From a virus: a DNA stretch of 64,000 bases. The notes under the pieces were generated by a model. The model saw only the letters and a list, made by a program, of their open reading frames with translations. It was not told the DNA's origin and searched no databases. The stretch lies in the IMG/VR virus record IMGVR_UViG_3300030620_000001. One strand, given 5' to 3'. Numbering within the stretch: the first letter of the stretch is position 1; each line of letters starts with the position of its first letter. This document shows, piece by piece, positions 41,288 through 50,848 of the stretch. Both the position numbers and the translations under genes were made by a program.

Positions 41288-41616
41288 AGATCGCAGAACT
41301 GCCGTGGCTCACGAAGCGAAAAAATTCTCTCGGTCAATGGACAGTGCCCTGCAGGGCGTTCAATTTGGGCGTCGCGCGCATCGAGAAATACTTCCAGCTA
41401 CCCAAGACGTTCCATCGGCTGAGGTTCGGTGTCTACGATTCCGACGCCGCCAGCCGCTATCCATTCGTCGTCAGCCGCTGCCTCGAGAAATGCTGCTTGG
41501 CACTCCGGGATCAAGACGGCGAGGTGGCGTTAATCATCGAGAGGGAAGCTGTGCCGCCGAGGGTCTGGAAGCTGGAAATCGGTGCCACGATCTACGTCGA
41601 GTGCGAATACAAATGA
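41284..41616 (+). CDS. Hypothetical protein (110 aa)
   Basis: GTG start overlapping the upstream stop (GTGA). Confidence 0.45.
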   Translation: MKIAELPWLTKRKNSLGQWTVPCRAFNLGVARIEKYFQLPKTFHRLRFGVYDSDAASRYPFVVSRCLEKCCLALRDQDGEVALIIEREAVPPRVWKLEIGATIYVECEYK

Positions 41617-41816
41617 CCAAAACCTACCAGGACTGGATAACTGAAGAAGCGCGAGAGCACGATAGCGAGTTGCAAACCCTGCGCGCGGCGCGGTTCCGTG
41701 AGCCGACCGACGAGGAGGTTGCGCTGGAAATGTGGCGGCGGCAAAACGACCCGACACATCCGGTTTGCCGGCACAACCGGGAGCGGCGGTTTTGTCAGGA
41801 ATGCAAGGGGATCTGA
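41613..41816 (+). CDS. Hypothetical protein (67 aa)
   Basis: ATGA overlap with the upstream gene. C-terminal CRH...CQEC. Confidence 0.45.
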   Translation: MTKTYQDWITEEAREHDSELQTLRAARFREPTDEEVALEMWRRQNDPTHPVCRHNRERRFCQECKGI

Positions 41817-41909
41817 ATGGTCGATTTTAGCCCGGACTGAGCAACCGTCCTTCTACTGTTTCTACTCGCCGCCGCGTTCGTGCTGGCGGGGGTGTTTGAG
41901 AGGTGAACG

Positions 41910-42053
41910 ATGATTGTGATGACAGAACGAATCTTCAAGCGCAAGACGCACGCGCTTGGTCGTGAAACCGTCAAAGTCGTCACGTACTGGCTGTTCTGGA
42001 TTTTGCCGGTGTTTCGCACAGAGAGAATTCTGTCGTCAACGGAGGTGGAGTAA
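41910..42053 (+). CDS. Possible small membrane ORF (47 aa)
   Basis: GAGGTGA Shine-Dalgarno sequence. Hydrophobic VVTYWLFWILPVF segment. Its stop overlaps the exonuclease start (TAATG). Confidence 0.3.
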   Translation: MIVMTERIFKRKTHALGRETVKVVTYWLFWILPVFRTERILSSTEVE

Positions 42054-42934
42054 TGGGCGAAACAACACGCGAACAGTGGCTGGCCGAGCGGCAGAACAGC
42101 ATCGGCGCGAGTGAGTCTCCGGCGGCTTTGGGGCAGTCTCCCTACAGGTCGCCCTACCAACTCTGGGCCGAGAAAACCGGATTGATCGAACCCGCGGACC
42201 TCAGCAACTTTGAACCTGCCGAGTGGGGTTTGCGATGCGAGCCGATCATCGCGGACTCGTTTTCTGATCGAACCGGGCGGCGCGTGACGATGTGGCTACA
42301 ACACAAAAGCGTGCGGCATCCGTTGTTCAATTGGATATCCTGCACGCCGGACGCGATTCAAGTCTGTCCGATGCGCGGCGAGGGATTGCTGCAAATCAAG
42401 ATCACACACGAATTCAACGCCGCGAACTGGAAGGACGGCCCGCCGCTCTACTATCAGATCCAGTTACAGCACGAAATGGCAGTGATGGGCATGGAGTGGG
42501 GAACGCTCGTCGTCCTCATCGGCGGGCAACGGCTCAGATACTTCGACTGCTGGAAAAACACGCGGTTCATTGACACTGCCCTGCTCCCAAAGTTGGAAGA
42601 ATTCTGGCGCTGTGTCTGCACCCGCACGCCGCCGATGGTTGACGGCTCTATCGGCACGGCGAAAGTGCTGGCCGCGCTGCATCCAGACGACAGCGGCGAG
42701 ACTGTGGCGCTGACGATTGAGGCAGACACTTGGGCGGGCCAGCTTGCGTCTGCTAAGGAAGCCCGGGCGAAAGCGGAGGCGGCGGTAACAGAAGCGGCGA
42801 ACCACATCAAAGCTGCGATGGGCGCCGCGACCTACGGCGTTGCGCCCAATGGCACGATTTTTTCCTGGAAGACCCAAGATGGCGCACACGGGCCGATGCG
42901 CGTGCTGCGGATTATTAACTCGATTCCGAATTAG
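42053..42934 (+). CDS. YqaJ-type viral recombinase exonuclease
   Basis: IGASESPAALGQSPYRSPYQLWAEKTG, GLRCEPIIADSF and PDA...LLQIK (PD-(D/E)xK) form the typical lambda-Exo/YqaJ pattern. A RecT gene lies two genes downstream. Confidence 0.8.
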   Translation: MGETTREQWLAERQNSIGASESPAALGQSPYRSPYQLWAEKTGLIEPADLSNFEPAEWGLRCEPIIADSFSDRTGRRVTMWLQHKSVRHPLFNWISCTPDAIQVCPMRGEGLLQIKITHEFNAANWKDGPPLYYQIQLQHEMAVMGMEWGTLVVLIGGQRLRYFDCWKNTRFIDTALLPKLEEFWRCVCTRTPPMVDGSIGTAKVLAALHPDDSGETVALTIEADTWAGQLASAKEARAKAEAAVTEAANHIKAAMGAATYGVAPNGTIFSWKTQDGAHGPMRVLRIINSIPN

Positions 42935-42957
42935 AGCCAAGCGAGAAAGGCGAACCA

Positions 42958-44001
42958 ATGGCAACTGACACCAAAAACGTACCGGCGATCATCACGGTCG
43001 ATCCCAAGGAGATCGTCAAGTACCCGGTTGACTTGGCCGAAATTGACGAGATGGCGGAAATCTATCTGCCAATGACTATCGACGGCATCGACGACAAGGA
43101 AGGCTACGACGCCGTCCACGCCGCTAGAATCCGGGTCCGCGAATGCCGACTCGCTGTCGAAGAGCACCGCATGGAATTCAAGCGGCAAGTGATCGATGCT
43201 GGCAAGATCGTTGATGGCGAGGCAAAGAAGCGTTTTGAAAAACTGGAACCCATCGAGAACCACCTGAAAGCCCAGTTAGCCGCAATCAAGGCCGAGCGGG
43301 ACCGTATCAAGGCCGAATCGGAAGTTACCAAACAGCGCGTCACCGACGAACGCATCGCGGCCCTGCAGGCTGTTGAGGCGATTGCGAACCCGGCCTATGT
43401 CGCGGCCATGACGGACGAACAGTTTGCGGAACTCCTGAAGGACAAGACCGCACTATTCACAGCCAAGCGCGAAGAGGAGCGTAAGCGCGAAGAGGAGCGG
43501 CAGCGGCTACTCGCCGAAGAGAAAAAACGTGAAGCCGAAGCCGCCGAGCGTCGCGCCGCCGAGGAAAAAGCACTGGCCGAGGAACGCGCCAAAATCGAAG
43601 CCGAGCAACGGAAGCTGCGCGAGGAGCAAGAGAAGGTCGAAGCCGAGAAGCGGCGGCTGGCAGAAGAGGAATTGGCCCGCCAGCGGAAGCTGGAAGAGGA
43701 GGCGGCTGAAAAACGCCGCGCCGAGGAACTGGAACAGGCCCGCAAGGAAGCGGCTGAGCGGGCGCGAAAGGAAGAGTCCGAACGCCTGGAGCGCGAGGCG
43801 AAGGCGAAGGCCGAACGTGAAGCCGCTGAAAAAGCCGAACGCGAGCGGCAGGAGGCGTTGCGGCCGGACCGGGGGAAGATCGAGGCGCTCGCAAGCGCGA
43901 TCGGTAGACTCCGGCACAGCATCAATGACGAAGACCTGAGTGATGCCGTCGAACGAATCCTCAGTAACGTCGTCAGCGAACTGCTGGCGTTGGCGAAGTA
44001 G
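42958..44001 (+). CDS. Coiled-coil protein (347 aa, E/R/K/A-rich) between exonuclease and RecT
   Basis: Globular N-terminus followed by ~170 aa of charged repeats (EEERKREEERQRLLAEEKKREAEAAERR...). Confidence 0.55.
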   Translation: MATDTKNVPAIITVDPKEIVKYPVDLAEIDEMAEIYLPMTIDGIDDKEGYDAVHAARIRVRECRLAVEEHRMEFKRQVIDAGKIVDGEAKKRFEKLEPIENHLKAQLAAIKAERDRIKAESEVTKQRVTDERIAALQAVEAIANPAYVAAMTDEQFAELLKDKTALFTAKREEERKREEERQRLLAEEKKREAEAAERRAAEEKALAEERAKIEAEQRKLREEQEKVEAEKRRLAEEELARQRKLEEEAAEKRRAEELEQARKEAAERARKEESERLEREAKAKAEREAAEKAERERQEALRPDRGKIEALASAIGRLRHSINDEDLSDAVERILSNVVSELLALAK

Positions 44002-44067
44002 CTGGAGAAAACTCGTCGCACTTTTGGAGCACAAGCAACTTTCACTAACCGGAGGAGAACAATCGTA

Positions 44068-45048
44068 ATGTCCACAAGCCTGTTAAAACCAGACGCTATC
44101 GACAAAAGCCTGGACCGCGCAACGGCAAATGCCGTGGTGGTCAGCCGTAAAGGCGGCGGCATCGTCTTTGTGAACATGGGCGAAACGATGGAATTCGCAA
44201 AGCTCATGTCGCTAAGTCAACAGGCGGTCCCGCCGCACTGCCGGAATGCTCCGGGAGTCTGCCTGGCGATTACACTACAGGCCGTCGAATGGGGCATGTC
44301 GCCCTACGCAGTGGCGAACAAGAGCTACGTCGTAAACGACCGCGTGTGTTATGAGTCGCAGTTGATCCACGCAGTTATCGAGCAGCGGGCGCCGATCACT
44401 TCAAGACTCCGCTGCAAGTATACCGGCGAAGGCGACACTCGCCGTTGTATCGTGTGGGCGACTCCGAAAGGCGAGCCGTCTCCGCTGGAATACACGTCGC
44501 CTCCAATCAAGCGGTTGATCCCACCAAAGAACGACAGGGGACAGTTGAAGGGTTCGCCGCTTTGGCTCACCAAGCCGGACTTGCAGCTTTTTTACAACGC
44601 TTCGCGCGACTGGGCGCGGATGTATTTCCCCGACGTCATCATGGGTGTCTACGCGACCGACGAATTGGAAGACACGATCATCAATTCGCCGCACGTCGCG
44701 CCGGTGAAGTCCCTGGACGACCTGACCGACCGCATGACTGGCACACAGGAAAGGGAACCACAGGCGGAAGAATCGACGGACAAGGAGCCGGACACAACGC
44801 CCACGCCGGAACCAGAAGCGTCTCCCGAATCCCCGGACTCAACCGAAGCGATGCCGCCGGTTATCGCGGAGTTTCGCGGGCTGCTCGAAATGGCGCAGAC
44901 GCCGGCCGACGCAACCGCGGCATACGAATCGGCAATCGTACCGGCCGGTCTGTGCGGTGCGCCGCTGCGAGTCGCTAAGGGCATGCTCGACGACAAGATC
45001 GCGGAACTGAAGAGCGCGAAGCAGACGCAGCAGGAGTTGGTGAAGTAA
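44068..45048 (+). CDS. recT: RecT-family single-strand annealing protein
   Basis: FAKLMSLSQQAVPPHCRNAPGVCLAITLQAVEWGMSPYAVANKSYVV fits the RecT core, with a YqaJ exonuclease partner upstream. Confidence 0.7.
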   Translation: MSTSLLKPDAIDKSLDRATANAVVVSRKGGGIVFVNMGETMEFAKLMSLSQQAVPPHCRNAPGVCLAITLQAVEWGMSPYAVANKSYVVNDRVCYESQLIHAVIEQRAPITSRLRCKYTGEGDTRRCIVWATPKGEPSPLEYTSPPIKRLIPPKNDRGQLKGSPLWLTKPDLQLFYNASRDWARMYFPDVIMGVYATDELEDTIINSPHVAPVKSLDDLTDRMTGTQEREPQAEESTDKEPDTTPTPEPEASPESPDSTEAMPPVIAEFRGLLEMAQTPADATAAYESAIVPAGLCGAPLRVAKGMLDDKIAELKSAKQTQQELVK

Positions 45049-45098
45049 CAGGCCGGACCACCTTAATTCCCACAACGATTTTAGGAGGGTAGCAAACC

Positions 45099-45557
45099 AT
45101 GCACATCGGCACCAACGGAAAGGTCCGCTTCAACATATCGGATATCGAAAACGTGCGGAATATGACCCGCTTCTGTATGAGGGTCGCAACGCAGTTCAAG
45201 GGCGCACCGCTCAAGGCAACATCGGAGGACGTAATCGCGAAGCTGGAATGTCTTGAAGTTGCGATGGTCAAGCACAATGAGAGCGGGAAGGCCGACAAGC
45301 CCAAGCTGCGCCAGCGAATCGTTCGCCGCCTGAAAAAGCTGCGAGCCAAAATTCAGGGCATCCTCGACGACAAGGAAGATTGGAATGCCCTGCACACCGA
45401 GGAAGTGCCGTTCGATACGGCGTGGGATCGCGTAATGCTGCAGTACATCGACGGGAAATTGGATGCGTGGGAGCGGAACGATCTTGACGCAATGAACTAC
45501 TGGCATCGACAGATGCTGAAGGCGTGCGACAAACTGGAACGTAACACAGGAACCTGA
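45099..45557 (+). CDS. Hypothetical protein (152 aa)
   Basis: Track ORF with a GGAGGG Shine-Dalgarno sequence. Confidence 0.55.
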   Translation: MHIGTNGKVRFNISDIENVRNMTRFCMRVATQFKGAPLKATSEDVIAKLECLEVAMVKHNESGKADKPKLRQRIVRRLKKLRAKIQGILDDKEDWNALHTEEVPFDTAWDRVMLQYIDGKLDAWERNDLDAMNYWHRQMLKACDKLERNTGT

Positions 45558-45573
45558 AGCACGGAGGTACACG

Positions 45574-45768
45574 ATGCTCATACTCTCGCGCAAACGGAAC
45601 GAACAGATTAGGATTGGTGACAACATCACAATCACAGTCGCTGACCTGATTGGGGGCAGGGTCAAGATCGGCATCGAGGCGCCGCGTGAGATCCCGGTTT
45701 TTCGGCAGGAGGTTTGGGATCGGATTCATGGGCAAGACAAACCAGACGCAGGAGGTAGCCAAACATGA
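45574..45768 (+). CDS. csrA: CsrA/RsmA-family RNA-binding translational regulator
   Basis: [51 protein letters not shown] aligns by eye along the full length of E. coli CsrA ([51 protein letters not shown]). Confidence 0.85.
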   Translation: MLILSRKRNEQIRIGDNITITVADLIGGRVKIGIEAPREIPVFRQEVWDRIHGQDKPDAGGSQT

Positions 45769-46007
45769 CCGCGGACAGAACGTATCGATGTGATCTTTGT
45801 CGCGATTCGATCTACGACTACACAGCCGTCCACGATTCCACAAAGAAGCCTGGCATTGGAATTCGGTGGGCCGAGTGTGGCATAGAGAAAACATCCGTCG
45901 CCAGTAGCGAGCACCATTTGTGCCTGAAGTGCCTTGTCGGCGTCCACCGGATTCAAGGGGCGATACTTGCCGAACAGGGCAAGCAAGAGGCGGAGAAAGG
46001 TGAATAA
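45765..46007 (+). CDS. Hypothetical Cys-rich protein (80 aa)
   Basis: ATGA overlap with csrA. CDLC ... CLKC. Confidence 0.5.
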   Translation: MTADRTYRCDLCRDSIYDYTAVHDSTKKPGIGIRWAECGIEKTSVASSEHHLCLKCLVGVHRIQGAILAEQGKQEAEKGE

Positions 46008-46092
46008 TGAGCCTGCCATTACTTCCGCAGGCGTCGCGACCACAGATTGAAGACCGCAGCACATAACTCGGCCAAGGAACGGACATGGCCCT

Positions 46093-46914
46093 ATGAAGCG
46101 AGAAGCGATCAGGCACCCCAAGATATACGATCTGGCGTCTCGGCTGGGGGTTTGTCGAGAGCGCGCCATCGGCATTGTGACGGTCCTGTTAGACTGGTGC
46201 GCGGACATTACGCCGCAAGGCAATATAGGTCGTTGGCCGAACAGTTCGATTGCCGGCATCTGCGGCTGGACGGGTGACCCAGATGAATTTGTCGCGGCGC
46301 TCGTCGAGTCAAAATGGGTAGACGAGTGCGCTGTCAATCGGCTGGTGATTCACGACCTTGCGGACCACGCCGAGCAGTGGTGGAAGTTGAAGCTGCGTAA
46401 GCTGGGGCTTGAATTTGTTTCTGCAGTGCCTTCTGCAGAGCGCTCTACAGTGCCTTCTGCAGAGCGTACAGCAGAGCCTAGCGCCTCGCGTGACCTAACC
46501 GAACCTAACCTAACCAAACCAAATAAAGGTTCTTTTTCAAAATCGAAGGCTGCAACAGGTGGCTACTCGGCTGCCTTTGAAAGCTTCTGGAAATCTTTCC
46601 CGACTGGAAGGCGATCCAAGAAGCCTGATGCTTGGGTTTCGTACCAGGGCGCCATCCAGGCGTTAATTGCCGAACACGGATCCCAGGATGCCGCTGAGGC
46701 GTACTTGGAGCGTCGTGCCGCTGAATATGCAACCACCGAGCAAGGACGTGGAAAGTACGTGCGCGGCCCCTGTCCGTGGCTCAATCAGCAGGCGTGGGAA
46801 GACCCGCCCGAAGCTTGGGGAGACGTGGGTTCCCGAACGTCCGTAGATCGAGTGGCAAGCGACGAAGACTTGGCGAATTGGAATCCTTTGGATGGGGGTG
46901 TGCCTGATGGCTGA
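46093..46914 (+). CDS. Replication organiser / initiator candidate with internal ori-like repeats
   Basis: The C-terminal FESFWKSFPTGRRSKKPDAWVSY motif is common in phage and plasmid replication-associated proteins. The central linker carries DNA iterons and an A/T-rich tract. Confidence 0.5.
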   Translation: MKREAIRHPKIYDLASRLGVCRERAIGIVTVLLDWCADITPQGNIGRWPNSSIAGICGWTGDPDEFVAALVESKWVDECAVNRLVIHDLADHAEQWWKLKLRKLGLEFVSAVPSAERSTVPSAERTAEPSASRDLTEPNLTKPNKGSFSKSKAATGGYSAAFESFWKSFPTGRRSKKPDAWVSYQGAIQALIAEHGSQDAAEAYLERRAAEYATTEQGRGKYVRGPCPWLNQQAWEDPPEAWGDVGSRTSVDRVASDEDLANWNPLDGGVPDG

Positions 46915-47350
46915 GATTCCAGAGCGTCTTAAATCGTGCCGATTCTGCGGGTACTCCGGCGAAATGGCGCTCGAATTAACGCCACACCTGCCACACTACG
47001 GCCGAATCTCGTGCCCGTCTTGCGACCGATTCACGGGCTGGTGCCCGAAGCCGGAAACAGACAAGGCTCGGAGGCCGTCGTCACACCGCGAATTGGCGAT
47101 CAAGCACGGCAAAGGATTCTGCGAAATGTGTTTGATTAAGGAAGTTGATCTTCCGCCTCGGGAGACTCTTGAGGGGCATCACGTCGTCGAATATGCAAAC
47201 GGCGGAACCGATGACGCAGACAATGTGTGGGTCGTTTGCACGGCCTGTCACAAGCTGATTCATTGGCGAAGAACCTATCTGGAACACCTGCTGCTGAAAG
47301 TTGCCGAGTCACTGACGCGGCACCAGTCCAACGGAGATCCACCGTGGTAA
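46907..47350 (+). CDS. HNH endonuclease
   Basis: CxxC pairs, then LEGHHVVEYANGGTDDADNVWVVCTACHKLIH (the H-N-H core). Confidence 0.75.
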   Translation: MAEIPERLKSCRFCGYSGEMALELTPHLPHYGRISCPSCDRFTGWCPKPETDKARRPSSHRELAIKHGKGFCEMCLIKEVDLPPRETLEGHHVVEYANGGTDDADNVWVVCTACHKLIHWRRTYLEHLLLKVAESLTRHQSNGDPPW

Positions 47351-49176
47351 ACCGCGATAAAATCCCGCTCGCACTGCGCGACCTGCCTCACTGGATCGTG
47401 TGGAAGCAAGTTACCCGTGACAACAAGCCGACGAAGTTGCCCTACCAGTGCAACGACCAACTGGCCAAGTCCGACGACCGAAGAACCTGGACAACCTTCG
47501 ACGCCGCATGGTCCCGCTACAAACTCGGTGGCTACGACGGTCCAGGATTTGTTTTTAGCGACGAAGACCCGTACTGCGGCATCGACCTGGACGGCTGCCG
47601 GGATCCGAAGACCGGCAAGGTATCGCCCTGGGCGCGGGATATCATGCTGCGCATGGATAGCTACTGCGAAGTCTCTCCGTCACAAACGGGCGTGAAGATT
47701 TTCATCCGTGGCCGCAAGCCGGACTTTGCCGGCGCAAAAAAGGAGCTTCACGACGTCGAGCAGGTTTGCGGCAAGAAGCCGGCCGTTGAAATCTACGACA
47801 CGAAGCGTTATTTCGCAGTCACTGGACAGCGCGTGAGGGGATTCGAGCAGATCGAGCCGCGCCAACCCAAGCTGGAGGAACTCTGCAAACAACTTTGGCC
47901 GCAAACACTGCCGCGCTCACACAAGTTGCCGAGCGATCCGGATGTGGCGGAGCGTGCCCGGAAGTACATCGCCACCATGCCGCCCGCGGTCAGCGGCAGC
48001 AACGGTCACGGCGCCACGTTCCACGTTGCCTGCGTGCTCGTCCTGGGATTCGGCTTGTCGGAGGGCGACGCCTTCTCGGTGCTGGCGGAGTACAACGCCC
48101 GCTGTGAACCGCCCTGGTCCGAGAAGGATTTGTGGCACAAAATCCGCAGTGCTGCAAAACAGCCTGGGGAGCGGAACTATCTGCGCGACAAACGCCCGGA
48201 TGAGTGGGACTCAATATCGGTCCCTAGTTACGCGGAGTCTTTGCGCAAGCCGGACGCAAAGGCTCCGCTCCGCGTGCTGACCATCGAAGAGACGGCGAGA
48301 AATTACCTCGACGCCGTGAAGTCCGGCAAAGAGACGCTGATCGAATTGGGGATCCCCAGGCTTGACTACGCATTGGCCGGCGGCGTTGCACCAGGCGAGG
48401 TAGTGATTCTTGCGGCGCGGCCCAGTCACGGTAAGTCGGCGCTGGCGTTGCAGGTGCTGCAGAACGTCACAGGGGATCTGCGGCCGTCGCTGATGGTGAG
48501 TGAGGAAATGTCGGCCATGTCATTGGGAAAACGAACGCTCCAGTTCGTTAGCGACGTGCCGGAAGAACACTGGAAAACATCGACGCCACAAGTCGCCGAA
48601 CAGTTGGACTATCACTTCGAGCGACGCGCCCAGTGTTTTGTTATTGAGAACTGCCGTAGTGCCGAACGTGTCGCTGATGAAATCCGAAAGGCGGTTGTGA
48701 AACACAAGGTCGAAGTGGTCGCCGTAGACTACGCACAACTGCTGCAGAGTCCCGGTCGCGGCCGCTACGAGCAGATCACGAACACCAGCGTTACGCTCCG
48801 ACAAGTGACCAACGAAACAAAGGTTGTGCTGCTTCTGCTCTGCCAGTTGAACCGTGAAATCGAGAACCGAAACAAGTTCATGCCGAAGCTCAGCGACTTG
48901 CGCGACACCGGACAGTTGGAGCAAGACGCGGACGTGATTGTATTTCAAGTGTGGCCGGTCAAGGTCAACCCATCGCACAAGCCGCACGACGAATACCAGG
49001 TTTTCATCGCCAAGAATCGCAACCGCGCAATCAATGAAGTTGCGGTCCTTGTCCGTTTCGATCCGACCCGGCAGACGATACACGACCGGATGCGACCAGT
49101 GCGCGAACATCCCAACTACAACCCCGACCTCGCCGCCTGGAACAAGGGCAGCGAACCCGACAACAAACTTTTTTGA
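47344..49176 (+). CDS. Primase-polymerase / DnaB-like helicase fusion
   Basis: N-terminus has HWIVWK...KPTKLPY...GFVFSDEDPYCGIDLDGC...EVSPSQTGVKIF (prim-pol). C-terminus has LAARPSHGKSALALQ (Walker A) and a RecA-like core. GTG start overlaps the HNH stop. Confidence 0.8.
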   Translation: MVNRDKIPLALRDLPHWIVWKQVTRDNKPTKLPYQCNDQLAKSDDRRTWTTFDAAWSRYKLGGYDGPGFVFSDEDPYCGIDLDGCRDPKTGKVSPWARDIMLRMDSYCEVSPSQTGVKIFIRGRKPDFAGAKKELHDVEQVCGKKPAVEIYDTKRYFAVTGQRVRGFEQIEPRQPKLEELCKQLWPQTLPRSHKLPSDPDVAERARKYIATMPPAVSGSNGHGATFHVACVLVLGFGLSEGDAFSVLAEYNARCEPPWSEKDLWHKIRSAAKQPGERNYLRDKRPDEWDSISVPSYAESLRKPDAKAPLRVLTIEETARNYLDAVKSGKETLIELGIPRLDYALAGGVAPGEVVILAARPSHGKSALALQVLQNVTGDLRPSLMVSEEMSAMSLGKRTLQFVSDVPEEHWKTSTPQVAEQLDYHFERRAQCFVIENCRSAERVADEIRKAVVKHKVEVVAVDYAQLLQSPGRGRYEQITNTSVTLRQVTNETKVVLLLLCQLNREIENRNKFMPKLSDLRDTGQLEQDADVIVFQVWPVKVNPSHKPHDEYQVFIAKNRNRAINEVAVLVRFDPTRQTIHDRMRPVREHPNYNPDLAAWNKGSEPDNKLF

Positions 49177-49189
49177 AAGGAACCTGATT

Positions 49190-49834
49190 ATGGACGCACC
49201 AAAGGCGCTTCTGGAACTCGCGCGGTTTTGTGACGGCGAGGGGTCGCGATACACGCTGGATGGCGTGAAGATCGAACGCAGTGCGGACGGCATGGCGCTT
49301 GCCGCCGCTACTGATGGCCGCATTTTAGCCGTGCTGGAATGGAGCGACGATGACAAGTCGTGCGATGGCTGCATTATCCCGGCCGAGGCGCTGACGTTGG
49401 CAAAGCACATCGCCAGAAAGACAAACGCCAGAGGCATCCGCATCAGTAAAGACGCGGTCGTTGTGCTCGGCAAATTTAGCACCAGCGAGGAAGTGGCAAG
49501 CGTGCCGTTCGAGACGCTCGAAGGTCGGTGGCCAAAATGGCTGGGGTGCTTGCATTTGCAAAAGAATCCACGCACCTGCCTTTTCGACCCTCGCCGACTG
49601 ATAGCAGCTCTCGAACTGGCGTGCAGTGTGCTGGATGCCGACAGGGGTGTCTCAATCACGCTTGACCACGACGACCCGGACTCGCCGATCACTATCTCCG
49701 CAAAATCAGAGTCGCATCGGGCTGTTGTGGTCGTCATGCCGAAGCGGCGCGAAGACGACAAACAAAATCGCGAGCCGGATTGGACCGGCCCGACAGCGTT
49801 AGCCAAACCCGAAAGCCAAGGCGAAGAAGTATGA
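49190..49834 (+). CDS. Sliding-clamp (DnaN)-like protein
   Basis: LAAATDGRILAV resembles the DnaN ATDGHRLA motif, and EGRWPKW resembles the FP.Y motif. 214 aa. Confidence 0.45.
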   Translation: MDAPKALLELARFCDGEGSRYTLDGVKIERSADGMALAAATDGRILAVLEWSDDDKSCDGCIIPAEALTLAKHIARKTNARGIRISKDAVVVLGKFSTSEEVASVPFETLEGRWPKWLGCLHLQKNPRTCLFDPRRLIAALELACSVLDADRGVSITLDHDDPDSPITISAKSESHRAVVVVMPKRREDDKQNREPDWTGPTALAKPESQGEEV

Positions 49835-49956
49835 CCACACCCTACGGATCCTGCCTCAACTGTCGCCAACAATTCGACGCCGAGCATCACCGCGATTGCC
49901 CGGCGTGTGTGACGGAGTGGCGCGAAGAAAGCGAGGAAGAAACAGATGAAAACTAA
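49831..49956 (+). CDS. Possible zinc-ribbon mini-protein (41 aa)
   Basis: ATGA overlap with the upstream gene. CLNC...CPAC. Confidence 0.35.
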   Translation: MTTPYGSCLNCRQQFDAEHHRDCPACVTEWREESEEETDEN

Positions 49957-50197
49957 ATACCGCTTCATCCACTTTGTGATGATTTACAGCACCGACAAGA
50001 CGCAGGTTTGGGATTGCCGAAACAACAGAAACGGTGGCAGTCTCGGCACCGTTCGTCGGTATTATCCGTGGGACCAAGACTGCTTCGTACCGGAAGGCAA
50101 CACGGTCTTTTCCGCGGGCTGTCTCGCGGATATCCAGACGTTCATCGAGCAGTTGCATCGCGAACTCGGTCAGAAAAAGCGAGGGAAAAATGAGTGA
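49946..50197 (+). CDS. Hypothetical protein (83 aa)
   Basis: Track ORF. Confidence 0.45.
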   Translation: MKTKYRFIHFVMIYSTDKTQVWDCRNNRNGGSLGTVRRYYPWDQDCFVPEGNTVFSAGCLADIQTFIEQLHRELGQKKRGKNE

Positions 50198-50489
50198 AGA
50201 CTTGAAGACGTTGACGGACGCGGAGTTTATTCAGCACGGCGCGAAGGTCGTGGCGCATTTGTGCGAACAAGTACGGACGGTCGTTTCCAAGGTTGCGAAA
50301 TTGTACGACCGCCCCGAAATGACTCACGACGAAACGGCGGCAGCAGTGTTGTTCGGCACTGTCGGGCAGGCGATGGACTACCTGGGCGACTTATTGGAGT
50401 GTCTGGACGCCGCAACGGAAGACGACGAATGGACCGACCCAATCTTCGAGGAACTGCACCGCCGGTGCAACAGAGGAAAACAGCCATGA
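50190..50489 (+). CDS. Hypothetical protein (99 aa)
   Basis: ATG at 50190 overlaps the upstream gene by 8 nt. The longer track ORF starts at 50034. Confidence 0.5.
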   Translation: MSEDLKTLTDAEFIQHGAKVVAHLCEQVRTVVSKVAKLYDRPEMTHDETAAAVLFGTVGQAMDYLGDLLECLDAATEDDEWTDPIFEELHRRCNRGKQP

Positions 50490-50848
50490 CCACTTTCAAG
50501 TACACGCCCAAGCAAGCCCGCAAACTGTGGTGTGAGTCGCTGCGCAGCGGAAAGTATCAGCAATGCCGCGGCAAGATGACCGACGGCGTTAGACATTGCT
50601 GCCTCGACATAGCCAGGGTCGCGTTTATCGAGGCGGAGGGGCGGGAACCAGAACGGGTCAGGTACGCGACAAACAAAAACTTAACAAAATTTCCAGAAGT
50701 CCGAATCTGGCTTGGCTTGAAAACGAACATCGGTAGGTACAACGCCTATTCGCTGGCGCGAGACAACGACGAAGGCAAAACCTTCGACGAAATTGCAGCA
50801 ATCATCGAGTCCGAACCGCCGGGACTTTTTAAGGAGGTACGCGCATGA
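50486..50848 (+). CDS. Hypothetical protein (120 aa)
   Basis: ATGA overlap with the upstream gene. Confidence 0.5.
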   Translation: MTTFKYTPKQARKLWCESLRSGKYQQCRGKMTDGVRHCCLDIARVAFIEAEGREPERVRYATNKNLTKFPEVRIWLGLKTNIGRYNAYSLARDNDEGKTFDEIAAIIESEPPGLFKEVRA

